Assembly: GCA_000092065.1 (NCBI GenBank)
Contig: CP000585.1
Origin: Ostreococcus lucimarinus
Taxonomy: Eukaryota
Length of the DNA: 64,000 nucleotides
Direction: 5' to 3' (one strand)
This document shows positions 21,633 to 30,321 of the stretch, in pieces. The notes under the pieces were generated by a model that had not been told where the DNA came from, did no database searches, and saw nothing but the letters and a program-made list of their open reading frames with translations. The translations under genes and the position numbers were made by a program. How positions within the stretch are numbered: the stretch's first letter is position 1; each line of letters starts with the position of its first letter.

Positions 21633-23135
21633 ATGCTCGCGCGCACGACGCGCGCGATGACGACGCTTGCGGTCGGCCATCGAGCGGCGTGTCGTCGCGC
21701 GCCGCGCGTCCGCGCGCGCGTCGCCGCGGCGTCCGAGACGTCGCACGCCGCCGCCGGTTCGTTCGGTTTCGCCTCGCGTCGCCGTCGCGCGGTCGTCGCC
21801 GCGGGGAGAGATCGCGTCGCGGACGTGTCGTCGGGAATATTCCTCGGCTCTGGACGCCTGGACGAGGGCGCGCCGCGCGCGGTGGACGCGAACACGGTGG
21901 TGCTGGGGATCGAGACGTCGTGCGACGACACGGCGGCGGCGGTGGTGCGAGGCGATGGCGTCGTCCTGGGCGAGGCGATCGCGTCGCAGGCGGCGATACA
22001 CGGACCGTGGGGAGGCGTCGTGCCGAATCTCGCGCGCGCGGCGCACGAGGAGGTGATCGATGACGTCGTGCGACGAGCGCTGACGGAGGCGGGGGTGTCG
22101 GCGGCGGATTTGAGCGCGGTGGCGGTGACGTGCGGACCCGGTTTGTCCATGTGCCTGCGCGTGGGCGTGCGTAAAGCGCAGCGGATGAGTGCAGAGTATG
22201 GGATTCCGATCGCGCCCGTGCATCACGTGGAGGCGCACGCGCTCGTTTCGCGGCTTTGCGCGGGGACGGAGACGGTTAAATTTCCGTTTCTGGCGCTGTT
22301 GGTGAGCGGAGGGCACAATTTGTTGATCAAAGCGCGCGGGGTGGGGGATTATACGATATTAGGAACAACATTAGATGATGCCTTGGGCGAGGCGTACGAC
22401 AAGACGGCGAGGCTGTTGGGGTTGCCCGTCGGCGGCGGCGGCGGACCGGCGTTGGAGAAACTCGCGCTCGAGGGCGACGAGAAGCGATTCAAGTTTCCCG
22501 TGCCGCTGCGTCAGCGTAAGAATTGCGATTTTTCCTACGCTGGATTGAAAACCGCGGCGCGTATGGCGATCGACGCCGAAATCGGAGGCGAAGACGTGGA
22601 GTGGGACGGCGTGGACAAGCGTCAGACGCGAGCCGACATCGCGGCGAGTTTCCAAGCCAAAGCGGTGAAACATCTCGAAGAGCGCATGCGTCGCGCTCTC
22701 ACGTGGGCGCTCGAGGACACCCCAGATTTATCGTGCGTCGTCGTCGCCGGCGGCGTCGCGGCGAACGCCACGGTTCGATCGACCCTGGTAAAAGTGGTGG
22801 AAGAAACCGGGCTTCCCCTCGTCTTTCCGCCGCCCAAGTGGTGCACGGACAACGGCGTCATGGTCGCCTGGACTGGATGCGAACGCCTCGCTCTCGGTCT
22901 CGCCGAGGCGCCCGTTGACGCCGAGCTTGAAGCAAAGCACGCGATGATGGATCCGCGCGACGTTCACGTCAATCTACTCCCGCGATGGCCGCTCGGAGAG
23001 AAAGACGCGCGCGCGACGGGCGACATTAAGAGCGGCAAGAAGGCTCGCATCGCCGACCCGCTCACCGGCGCCGGGCACCGCGACAGTGGCATTGCAGTCT
23101 CTCGCGACGCGGTTTCTAATAACTCCGATGACTAG
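21633..23135 (+). CDS. tRNA N6-adenosine threonylcarbamoyltransferase, mitochondrial-type (Kae1/TsaD family, Qri7/OSGEPL1-like)
   Basis: The N-terminus is a presequence (MLARTTRAMTTLAVGHR...). The core is VLGIETSCDDTAAAVV...HGPWGGVVPNLARAAHEEVID...VAVTCGPGLSMCLRVGVRKAQRMSAEYGIPIAPVHHVEAHA...LALLVSGGHNLLI...GTTLDDALGEAYDKTARLLGL, matching the Kae1/TsaD signature blocks. Confidence 0.8.
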   Translation: MLARTTRAMTTLAVGHRAACRRAPRVRARVAAASETSHAAAGSFGFASRRRRAVVAAGRDRVADVSSGIFLGSGRLDEGAPRAVDANTVVLGIETSCDDTAAAVVRGDGVVLGEAIASQAAIHGPWGGVVPNLARAAHEEVIDDVVRRALTEAGVSAADLSAVAVTCGPGLSMCLRVGVRKAQRMSAEYGIPIAPVHHVEAHALVSRLCAGTETVKFPFLALLVSGGHNLLIKARGVGDYTILGTTLDDALGEAYDKTARLLGLPVGGGGGPALEKLALEGDEKRFKFPVPLRQRKNCDFSYAGLKTAARMAIDAEIGGEDVEWDGVDKRQTRADIAASFQAKAVKHLEERMRRALTWALEDTPDLSCVVVAGGVAANATVRSTLVKVVEETGLPLVFPPPKWCTDNGVMVAWTGCERLALGLAEAPVDAELEAKHAMMDPRDVHVNLLPRWPLGEKDARATGDIKSGKKARIADPLTGAGHRDSGIAVSRDAVSNNSDD

Positions 23136-23373
23136 CGGGACACTATTAGCGCTGTAATTCCGATGTTTGTACAAGCAACGCTCGCGCTCGCCGCGTCTCG
23201 AGCGCCGCGCTCCACTCTGCGCCGTCCCCGCGTTCGCAAACGCGCTTTTCGCCGCGGGAACGACGGACGCGACGGCGTCGTCAATCACCATCCGCGCGCT
23301 CTTCGCGCGGCGTCGACTCCCGCGCCAATCGCGCGGTGTCGCCCCGAAACTTCCGCCGCCGGCGCTGCGCAGA

Positions 23374-24777
23374 ATGGTCGCGACCGCGCTGAACGGACCG
23401 TTATCGCCGCCTCCGGCGGTGCACGTCGATCGCGAGCAGTTCAAAACATCTCTGCGCGTGCGCGCGATTCGAGTGCCCACGCGCGAGACGGATGCGGTGC
23501 TGAAAGCGCTGCGAGGATTCGCGCTGGACTTGCCCAGGGTGAAGGCGGTGACGCGAGACGCCGAGGGCGAACGCGACGGGAATTTAATCCTCCTCAACGA
23601 TAAAGTCGTCGACGACGATCTTCGCGCGGTGGTACCGGAAGAAAGGTTAAGCGTCGTGCGCGAGCGCGTCGGAGGTGAGATCGAGGTGACGGAGTACGAC
23701 GTGCCGTTGACGTACGAATATTTCAACGCCGCGCAAGTGCTGAGGAAATTGTTGCCTTCGGCGGTGGAGGTGCCGAGCTCGTTCGAGACGGTCGGGCACA
23801 TCGCGCACATGAATTTGAGGGATGAGCACGAATCGCACAAGTATTTGATAGGGAAGGTGATTTTGGAGAAGAACGAGCGGTTGCGGACGGTGGTGAATAA
23901 AGTCGGGAGCATCGAGAGCGAGTTTCGCGTGCCGGAGTGGGAGTTGCTGGCGGGCGAACCGAGTCTCGTGACGGAAGTGAAGCAGCACGGGATGACGTTT
24001 AAGCTAGATTTCGGAAGCGTGTATTGGAATTCAAGGTTAGAGACGGAGCATAAACGGTTGGTGGACTCGTTCAAGGCGAATGAAGTCATTTGCGACGCGA
24101 CGAGCGGCGTCGGGCCGTTTTCGGTACCGGCGGCGCAAAAGGGTATACGTTGCTACGCCAGCGACTTGAATCCGGATTGCGCCAAATATTTGAAAATCAA
24201 CGCCAAAGAGAATCGAGTGAAGAATCTCGTCAAGTGCTACAACATGGATGCGCGCGCGTTCATCAAGGCACTTTTAGCGGCGCCAGAGAACCGTGACGTC
24301 GACGTCGAGCGAGAGTGGACGGCCACCAAAGCGACGTACGACGCGGAACTCGCCGATTATAACGCCAAGAAGCGAGACGCGAAGGCCAAAAAGATTAATT
24401 ATCGCGAGGCGAGGCCCAAGCTCACGTGGGCGGCGGCTGATGACGACGGCGCGCCCCCCGCAGGGGCGACGTTCGATCATTTGGTTACGAATTTGCCGGC
24501 GTCTGGGATAGAATTTTTAGATTGTCTGAGGGGTTCGTTTGATCGAAAGGTTTGGGAGCACAGAGAGTTACCTATGATACACTGTTACACGTTCAAAGGG
24601 GCGGACGAGACCGACGCGGACGTCATTAAACGTGGTGCGGGCCATCTCGGCGCGGAAATCGTCGACGCCGCGGTGAGCGAAGTTCGCGACGTGTCTCCGA
24701 ATAAGCTCATGGTTTTGTTGTCTTTCCGAATCAGCGCGGAAGCAGCGTTCTGTACAAAAAGACAGTGCACGACGTGA
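23374..24777 (+). CDS. TRM5: tRNA (guanine37-N1)-methyltransferase TRM5 (Met-10+ class I SAM methyltransferase)
   Basis: VGHIAHMNLRDEHESHKYLIGKVILEKNERLRTVVNKVGSIESEFRVPEWELLAGE...VKQHGMTFKLDFGSVYWNSRLETEHKRLV...NEVICDATSGVGPFSVPAAQKGIRCYASDLNPD matches the Trm5/Tyw2 family; the DATSGVGPFS block is the SAM-binding region. The alternative upstream start at 23167 is GC-rich and low-complexity. Confidence 0.8.
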   Translation: MVATALNGPLSPPPAVHVDREQFKTSLRVRAIRVPTRETDAVLKALRGFALDLPRVKAVTRDAEGERDGNLILLNDKVVDDDLRAVVPEERLSVVRERVGGEIEVTEYDVPLTYEYFNAAQVLRKLLPSAVEVPSSFETVGHIAHMNLRDEHESHKYLIGKVILEKNERLRTVVNKVGSIESEFRVPEWELLAGEPSLVTEVKQHGMTFKLDFGSVYWNSRLETEHKRLVDSFKANEVICDATSGVGPFSVPAAQKGIRCYASDLNPDCAKYLKINAKENRVKNLVKCYNMDARAFIKALLAAPENRDVDVEREWTATKATYDAELADYNAKKRDAKAKKINYREARPKLTWAAADDDGAPPAGATFDHLVTNLPASGIEFLDCLRGSFDRKVWEHRELPMIHCYTFKGADETDADVIKRGAGHLGAEIVDAAVSEVRDVSPNKLMVLLSFRISAEAAFCTKRQCTT

Positions 24778-24822
24778 GGATGAATTTGTAAAATAAATAT
24801 GCAACGTTCTACGTTCTACGTT

Positions 24823-26664
24823 CTAATGGTTTTTAGCGGGACTCGACGACGCCTCGCGCAAAGCGACTACCACTTCAGATGGATCGCTCGTGATGCACGC
24901 AACGTGCGCGTCAGGTCGAACTAATACTAATGACTTCGTGCCTAAGTGGTTGGTCTTTTTGAACCATGCACCGTAAGCGTCGAACGCGGCCGAGGGCGAG
25001 TCGGTGGGTGAGTCCACGATTCGCACCAATCTCATCGGGAACCCCCCTGGCTCGGAGAGAGTGTCCTCTTGAATATCATCGAACCCTCGCGCGAACACAG
25101 TGAAACGCGGGCCCGTGACGTCTTCATCGACGAGGTCAAGGGTCGAAAGCTCGCCCCGCGTCGTTTGCATCCAGGCGTGGGGCACGCGAACGCCGACGCG
25201 CAGCGTGCCGGGCTCGTGCAATCTGGCGAGACCGTCGGCGTCGGCGGGCTCGTAGGAGAACCCCACGTCTTCTTTCGGGAACTGAAGCCTCAACGTGCCT
25301 TGCGGGTCGTCGCACATACGTTTCACGGCTGCGCGACGCGCGGCGCCGATCGGGTTATCCGCGGTGAGCAGAGATCCGCACTGCGCGCGGCCTACGGCTA
25401 ATCCGGCTTCTAAGATGGTCTTTCGCATCGAACTCGGGATGACCGAAGGCAATCCCGACACGACGTCTCTCAACGCGTTCGCCGCTATCGGTGGTAGGCC
25501 CAGAGCGGTCGGAATCTTCAGCACGGCTTCAAAGTTCTCGACGCTCAGTGCCGTGTTTCGCAGAGCCACCGGCCGACGTTCGGATTCGTACGTTTGCAAC
25601 AGCTTCGGCGAGGAAAGCCCGCGCGTCACCGCGGCGAGCTTCCACGCCAGATTATGCGCGTCTTGAATTCCAGTGTTCATTCCGAATCCCCCCGAGGGTG
25701 GGAATCGATGCGCGGCGTCACCGGCGAGAAAAACTCTTTCGCCCGCGCGAAACGTCTCGCTCACTTCGGCGGACATTGTCCACGCGCGCACGTCGAGAAT
25801 CTCGAGCTTTTTCGACGTCTCTCCGTCGCGCCAACCGATCGCCGAACGCAGGATCCGTTCGCACACCGCGCGCGTGAAGTCGCTCGCGTCCTGAACCGGC
25901 GGTAAGTACGGAATCTGCGCCACGAACTCGCCTTCGCGCAAATCGTGCGCGACGACGACGACGACGGCGTCCGGATTGAACACAAAGTACAACATCGCGG
26001 GATCGTCGACGAGATCGTTCGCCAAATCCCGCGATTTAAAGTGTACGTTCACGAGTCGCTGCAGATCCCGTTTCCCTCGCATCGCGATCCCCAATCGCGT
26101 CCGCGTCTCGCTATTCGCGCCGTCGGCGACGACGCAATACTCGGCTCGAATCTCCAGCGTCCCCCCCCCCGCCCCGACCTCCGCGCGCACCGTCACGCCC
26201 TCCGCGTCCGCTCGCACCTCTTCCACGCGCGCGTCCTCGATCACCCCCGACGCGCCCTCCGCGTGCGCTTCCCTCGCGCGTCGCATCAACGCTCGCGTCA
26301 ATTTATGTTGCGAAAAGTGCGTCGAATGCGTCGGCGACGCCTTCGTCCTCGCCGTCGTCGCGCCGTCGAACTGATCCACCGCGCCGAGCGCCGCGCCGTT
26401 CGTCAGCGACGTCGCGTACCTGAACCACCGCCACTGCGCCAGCGCCGGCGCGTCGTCGACGCACGCGCGCGCGAGGTCCCCGTCGACGCCTCGAAACACC
26501 TCCATCGTGCGCGCGTTCACGAAGTGCGCGCGCGGGTGCGTCGACGGCGCATCGCGACGCTCGAGCGTCGCGCTCGCGACGCCGTGTCGCGACAGCAGCG
26601 CGCTCAGCGCGAGCCCGGTCGGGCCGCCGCCGACGACGCACACCGTCGTCACGACGCGACGCAT
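24823..26664 (-). CDS. FAD-dependent aromatic-ring monooxygenase (PheA/TfdB, FAD_binding_3 family)
   Basis: The start is at MRRVVTTVCVVGGGPTGLALSALL, a GxGxxG FAD-binding motif. The second FAD motif is VFLAGDAAHRFPPSGGFGMNTGIQDAHNLAWKLA, the conserved GD/DAAH and G(F)G(M)N...D block of phenol and salicylate hydroxylases. Upstream of this ATG the track ORF is antisense to LipB and therefore spurious. Confidence 0.75.
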   Translation of the reverse strand: MRRVVTTVCVVGGGPTGLALSALLSRHGVASATLERRDAPSTHPRAHFVNARTMEVFRGVDGDLARACVDDAPALAQWRWFRYATSLTNGAALGAVDQFDGATTARTKASPTHSTHFSQHKLTRALMRRAREAHAEGASGVIEDARVEEVRADAEGVTVRAEVGAGGGTLEIRAEYCVVADGANSETRTRLGIAMRGKRDLQRLVNVHFKSRDLANDLVDDPAMLYFVFNPDAVVVVVAHDLREGEFVAQIPYLPPVQDASDFTRAVCERILRSAIGWRDGETSKKLEILDVRAWTMSAEVSETFRAGERVFLAGDAAHRFPPSGGFGMNTGIQDAHNLAWKLAAVTRGLSSPKLLQTYESERRPVALRNTALSVENFEAVLKIPTALGLPPIAANALRDVVSGLPSVIPSSMRKTILEAGLAVGRAQCGSLLTADNPIGAARRAAVKRMCDDPQGTLRLQFPKEDVGFSYEPADADGLARLHEPGTLRVGVRVPHAWMQTTRGELSTLDLVDEDVTGPRFTVFARGFDDIQEDTLSEPGGFPMRLVRIVDSPTDSPSAAFDAYGAWFKKTNHLGTKSLVLVRPDAHVACITSDPSEVVVALREASSSPAKNH

Positions 26665-26721
26665 CGCGAAGTGACGCCGACGCGACGACGCGACGCGTCG
26701 CGACGCGCGCGCGCGCGCGAG

Positions 26722-27399
26722 ATGCGGCGCGCGCTGCGCGTGCGAATCCTGCGCGGCGCGCGTATGTACGACGACGTGGCGGCGCGGATGCGGGCGACGC
26801 ACGCGGCGGTGCGGGACGGCGCGGCGGACGCGCTGCTGCTGAGCGAACACGCGCCGACGGTGACGGTGGGGAAGCGCGCGGCGCTGGGAGAGACGCACGT
26901 GAAGAGCTCGAGGGCGGCGCTCGCGCGGGCGGGGATCGCGGTGCGACGGACGGACCGGGGGGGGGACGCGACGTACCACGGGCCGGGGCAGTTGGTGGCG
27001 TACCCGGTGGTGTCGCTGCGGCGCGCGAGGGTCGGCGCGAGGGCGTACGTCGAGGGATTGGAGGCGTGCGTCGAAGAGGCGCTGAGAGGGATCGGCGTCG
27101 ACGCCAGGGGGGGGCGTAAGGGCCGAGAGGGGGTGTGGGTGAAAGATGGGAAGATCGCGGCGGTGGGGGTGAAAATATCGGCGGGGACGAGCTCGCACGG
27201 CGTGGCGATCAACGTCGATCCGGATTTGACGCACTTCGAGCACATCGTGCCGTGCGGACTCGAGGGGTACGAAGTCACGAGCGTGGTGAAGGAGTTGGGG
27301 CGGGCGGTGGCGATGAGAGACGTGGAGACGAGAGTCGTGGACGCGTTCGCGAGACGGTTTGGGTACGCCGAAGTGTTTTGGTCGGAAGAAGACGAATGA
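26722..27399 (+). CDS. LIPB: Octanoyltransferase LipB (lipoyl(octanoyl)-[ACP]:protein N-octanoyltransferase)
   Basis: LLSEHAPTVTVGKRA...RTDRGGDATYHGPGQLVAYPVVSLRR...REGVWVKDGKIAAVGVKISAGTSSHGVAINVDPDLTHFEHIVPCGLEG matches the LipB hallmark blocks (RGG.vTyHGPGQlV.Y, KI.A.G.r....HG.alNv, IvpCG). The gene lies 58 bp from the FAD monooxygenase start, in divergent orientation. Confidence 0.8.
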   Translation: MRRALRVRILRGARMYDDVAARMRATHAAVRDGAADALLLSEHAPTVTVGKRAALGETHVKSSRAALARAGIAVRRTDRGGDATYHGPGQLVAYPVVSLRRARVGARAYVEGLEACVEEALRGIGVDARGGRKGREGVWVKDGKIAAVGVKISAGTSSHGVAINVDPDLTHFEHIVPCGLEGYEVTSVVKELGRAVAMRDVETRVVDAFARRFGYAEVFWSEEDE

Positions 27400-27412
27400 T
27401 GGGGTGTGATAT

Positions 27413-28399
27413 TCACGCGCTCGCGTCGAGCTCGCGCGCGGCGTACTCGACGAGACGTCGAGCGAGCGTTGCGTCGCGCGAAATCTCGCGCACGCCTCTC
27501 GGATTGCACGACGCGAAATAATACTCGCCGAATCTGTTGTACATCGACGCGCCGGGATGAAGCGCGCAATAAATCGTCGTCGCCGCGCCGCACTCGACGG
27601 ATTTGACGAACGGTGCGCCGACGCAGTGGAGCAAGGCTCCGCGCCAACCGCTGGATTTTCGCGCGCGCGCGCTGCCTTGCGTGGCGACCGAGCCCGGATG
27701 CACGGCGAAAAATTGCACGCCGCGCTCGCGAAGCGCTTCGCCTTGGTACCGAGTCCACAAGAGCAGCGCGAGTTTCGATTGGGCGTAGGATTTCACGCTG
27801 TCGTACGCTCGGTCGTCGTCTATTTTGCCGAACCGAATACCTTCCGGATAAGAGAAGCGATAGACTTCGCTGGTGACGTTCACCACGCGCGCGCCCGCCG
27901 GATCAAACGATTCCAGGAGCAACTGCGTTAAAACAAAGTGGTTGAGAAACTTCACGTGAAACGCGAGGTCTCGGTGTGAATCTGCGTCAAACGGACAAGG
28001 CATTATACCAGCGTTGTTCACGAGGACGGTGAGCTTGAGATTGAGCGCGAGAAATGCGTCAACAAAGGCGTGAACCGACTTTGAACACGACAAGTCGAGA
28101 CGAAGGACGCGAACGATGGACGTCGTCTTAGACATGAGCTCGCACGCGAGCGCCTTTGCTCGCGCTTCGTCACGCGCACCGACCACTACCGTCGCACCCG
28201 TGCTACAAAATGCTTTGAGCGTCTCGAAGCCTATGCCAGCCGTGGCGCCGGTTATGAGAACGCAATTTCGGCTGGCAGATCCAGGGTCGAGGTCCGCGAT
28301 GACGTCGCGCCAGGACGATTTGGAGCCGAAGCCCGAAGGTCCGAGCCATCCTCGCAAGTGGCCGATAGGCCACCAACATCGCGGCATTTTTGACTTCAT
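27413..28399 (-). CDS. Short-chain dehydrogenase/reductase (SDR) family oxidoreductase
   Basis: The start is at MKSKMPRC (M38 of the TTG-initiated track ORF). The coenzyme site is TGATAGIGFE (TGxxxGxG). Other SDR signatures are NNAG, the catalytic YAQSK (YxxxK), and PGSVAT. Confidence 0.75.
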   Translation of the reverse strand: MKSKMPRCWWPIGHLRGWLGPSGFGSKSSWRDVIADLDPGSASRNCVLITGATAGIGFETLKAFCSTGATVVVGARDEARAKALACELMSKTTSIVRVLRLDLSCSKSVHAFVDAFLALNLKLTVLVNNAGIMPCPFDADSHRDLAFHVKFLNHFVLTQLLLESFDPAGARVVNVTSEVYRFSYPEGIRFGKIDDDRAYDSVKSYAQSKLALLLWTRYQGEALRERGVQFFAVHPGSVATQGSARARKSSGWRGALLHCVGAPFVKSVECGAATTIYCALHPGASMYNRFGEYYFASCNPRGVREISRDATLARRLVEYAARELDASA

Positions 28400-28502
28400 G
28401 ACGAGGCGAGCGTGACTTTTTGTGATGCGGCGCGCTGTCTCGTTGTCTCGACGCTCGTTGACTCGCGCCTCGAAATTGACAAGACGTGACGAGACAGCGA
28501 CG

Positions 28503-29324
28503 CTAACCAACTTTCAAACGAAGGCGTTTCTGCGCTTCTTCCCATCGTCGCTCGATGCCATCCATATGAGCCATGCCGACGACGGCGACGACGCGCTCGC
28601 CTTTGCACCGAAGTAAAGCTTCGACCATTATTTCGTCGCGTTCGTCCACAAAGACTCGCGCGATTTTGGGCATCTGATATGCCAAATATTCGCGCATCTC
28701 ACGAATGTGCCTCCGCGTCTTGAGATTTTCAACGATGTGTTCGATGTTATCCATGGATCCACCCATAGCGCTCGGCGGCGGAGGACCGCCCGGTCGCGTA
28801 CGACCCATCACGATGGCCATGACGTCCATCGTTGTCACGCTTTCGCGTAGCCGGCGCAAAGTCATCGTCACGTCTCTGTCCGCGCACACGATCTTCGCCC
28901 CAATGCAACCCGCCTCTTTTACTGCTTCCTTAAACTCAGCGCCGGGGTCGAGTCCGCTCAATTTGAAGAAGCTATAGAATGTTTTAAACGCCGCCTGCAG
29001 CAAACCGTCGCCGACGTTGCCGCCCGCGAACGCCCCGAGAAAATCTTTGACCGCCTGTTGAACGAACGCCGATTTGCCGTTCGACGCCGATTCACCCGGT
29101 TTCTTCTCTTCGTCGTCCACGATGCGCTCGCGCATCGTCCGCAATCGCTGCTCGCAGAGCTCGACGTGGACTACGCTCGGCTTGACCAGTCTGATGAGTT
29201 CGCGAACCTCCCTCGCGCTTCGCTCGCTCACGTGCGCGGTGCCGACCAGATAAATTTCACGCGGCGTGGACGACGAACGAAGAATGCTCAGCGTTTCGAC
29301 GCCGCCGTCGGAGACGTACTCCAT
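28503..29324 (-). CDS. TraB family protein (pheromone-shutdown/TraB domain)
   Basis: The start is at MEYVSDGG. IYLVGTAHVSERSAREVRELIRLVKPSVVHVELCEQR and the C-terminal ...VVAVVGMAHMDGIERRW are characteristic of the TraB/PrgY-like family (GTAH...VELC...GxxH). Confidence 0.7.
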   Translation of the reverse strand: MEYVSDGGVETLSILRSSSTPREIYLVGTAHVSERSAREVRELIRLVKPSVVHVELCEQRLRTMRERIVDDEEKKPGESASNGKSAFVQQAVKDFLGAFAGGNVGDGLLQAAFKTFYSFFKLSGLDPGAEFKEAVKEAGCIGAKIVCADRDVTMTLRRLRESVTTMDVMAIVMGRTRPGGPPPPSAMGGSMDNIEHIVENLKTRRHIREMREYLAYQMPKIARVFVDERDEIMVEALLRCKGERVVAVVGMAHMDGIERRWEEAQKRLRLKVG

Positions 29325-29570
29325 CTCCCGCGCGCGCGTAGAGCGCGCGCGATGGGTCGACGCGCTGGGACAGGCGCGCGGTGGTTCGACGCGCGGCAGC
29401 GCGCGCGCGAGGCGCCAGACGCGACGCGACATGGCGACGCGATGCGCGCGCTCGCAAGCGCGCCGCGCGCGCGACGGCGACGCTCGAAAATCGTGCGCGA
29501 CACTGCGGCGCGCGACTCGACGCGCGAGTTTCAACTGTTTCGCTAAGCGCGTTTACACTAATTTCTACGA

Positions 29571-30170
29571 CTACGACGCGCGCGCCGCGAATTTCACGGC
29601 GAACACGCTGCGATAAATTCGTCTATACGATACCAATTCGTTCTCGCCCACGGCGCCGGACGCGGTGACGCGCCAGCCGTAGCGCGTCGGAGCGTCGGAG
29701 TCCGGCGTCGACGCCGGATGATACGCCGACGCCGCGTCGACGACCAAATGTTTGTCCGCATCCCTCGCGAACGCCTCCGCCGACGCGTACTTTACCTCCG
29801 CGCCATCGAACGCGACCCATCCGATTATTTTTGCCGTCGACGCGCCCGGCGTGCCGCCCGGACACGGATCGTCGTTCCGCTCGCGAGCGTCGCCGCCGAA
29901 CCACGGTTCGCGAAGCCTTCGCGCGACGTCCGCGCGCGACCGCGGGTTGAATCCGCCCTTCGTCCACGCGTCGGCGAGCACGCTCTTACCGGGCGTCCCG
30001 CGCGTGGTCTCCAGGACGTACACGCGCGCGTTCGGCGTCAATTTCGCCGTCGACAGCGCGTAGCCTCGAACGTCGATAGACTTTTCGCCGTCGACCAACA
30101 GACGCGCGAACGGGGCTTGGACTTCGAGCGCGAGCGCCTCGCCGACGCCGACGCCGACGCCGCGATCCAT
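29571..30170 (-). CDS. Hypothetical protein, possibly ASCH/PUA-like fold
   Basis: The start is at MDRGVGV. The N-terminal block LEVQAPFARLLVDGEKSIDVRGYAL...RVYVLETT resembles ASCH-type beta-barrel openers. No firm family is recognised. Confidence 0.4.
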   Translation of the reverse strand: MDRGVGVGVGEALALEVQAPFARLLVDGEKSIDVRGYALSTAKLTPNARVYVLETTRGTPGKSVLADAWTKGGFNPRSRADVARRLREPWFGGDARERNDDPCPGGTPGASTAKIIGWVAFDGAEVKYASAEAFARDADKHLVVDAASAYHPASTPDSDAPTRYGWRVTASGAVGENELVSYRRIYRSVFAVKFAARAS

Positions 30171-30321
30171 CTCTCGAGCGCCCGCGCGACGCGATGTGGC
30201 GGCGCGCGGCGCGCGGATGTAACAAGTTGTACAATAAATTGTCAATACAAAAATAAATGGTGAATCGACGACGCCGCGCCGTCGCGGCGTCGAATGGAAA
30301 AAATAATGAATATTTATGCCG

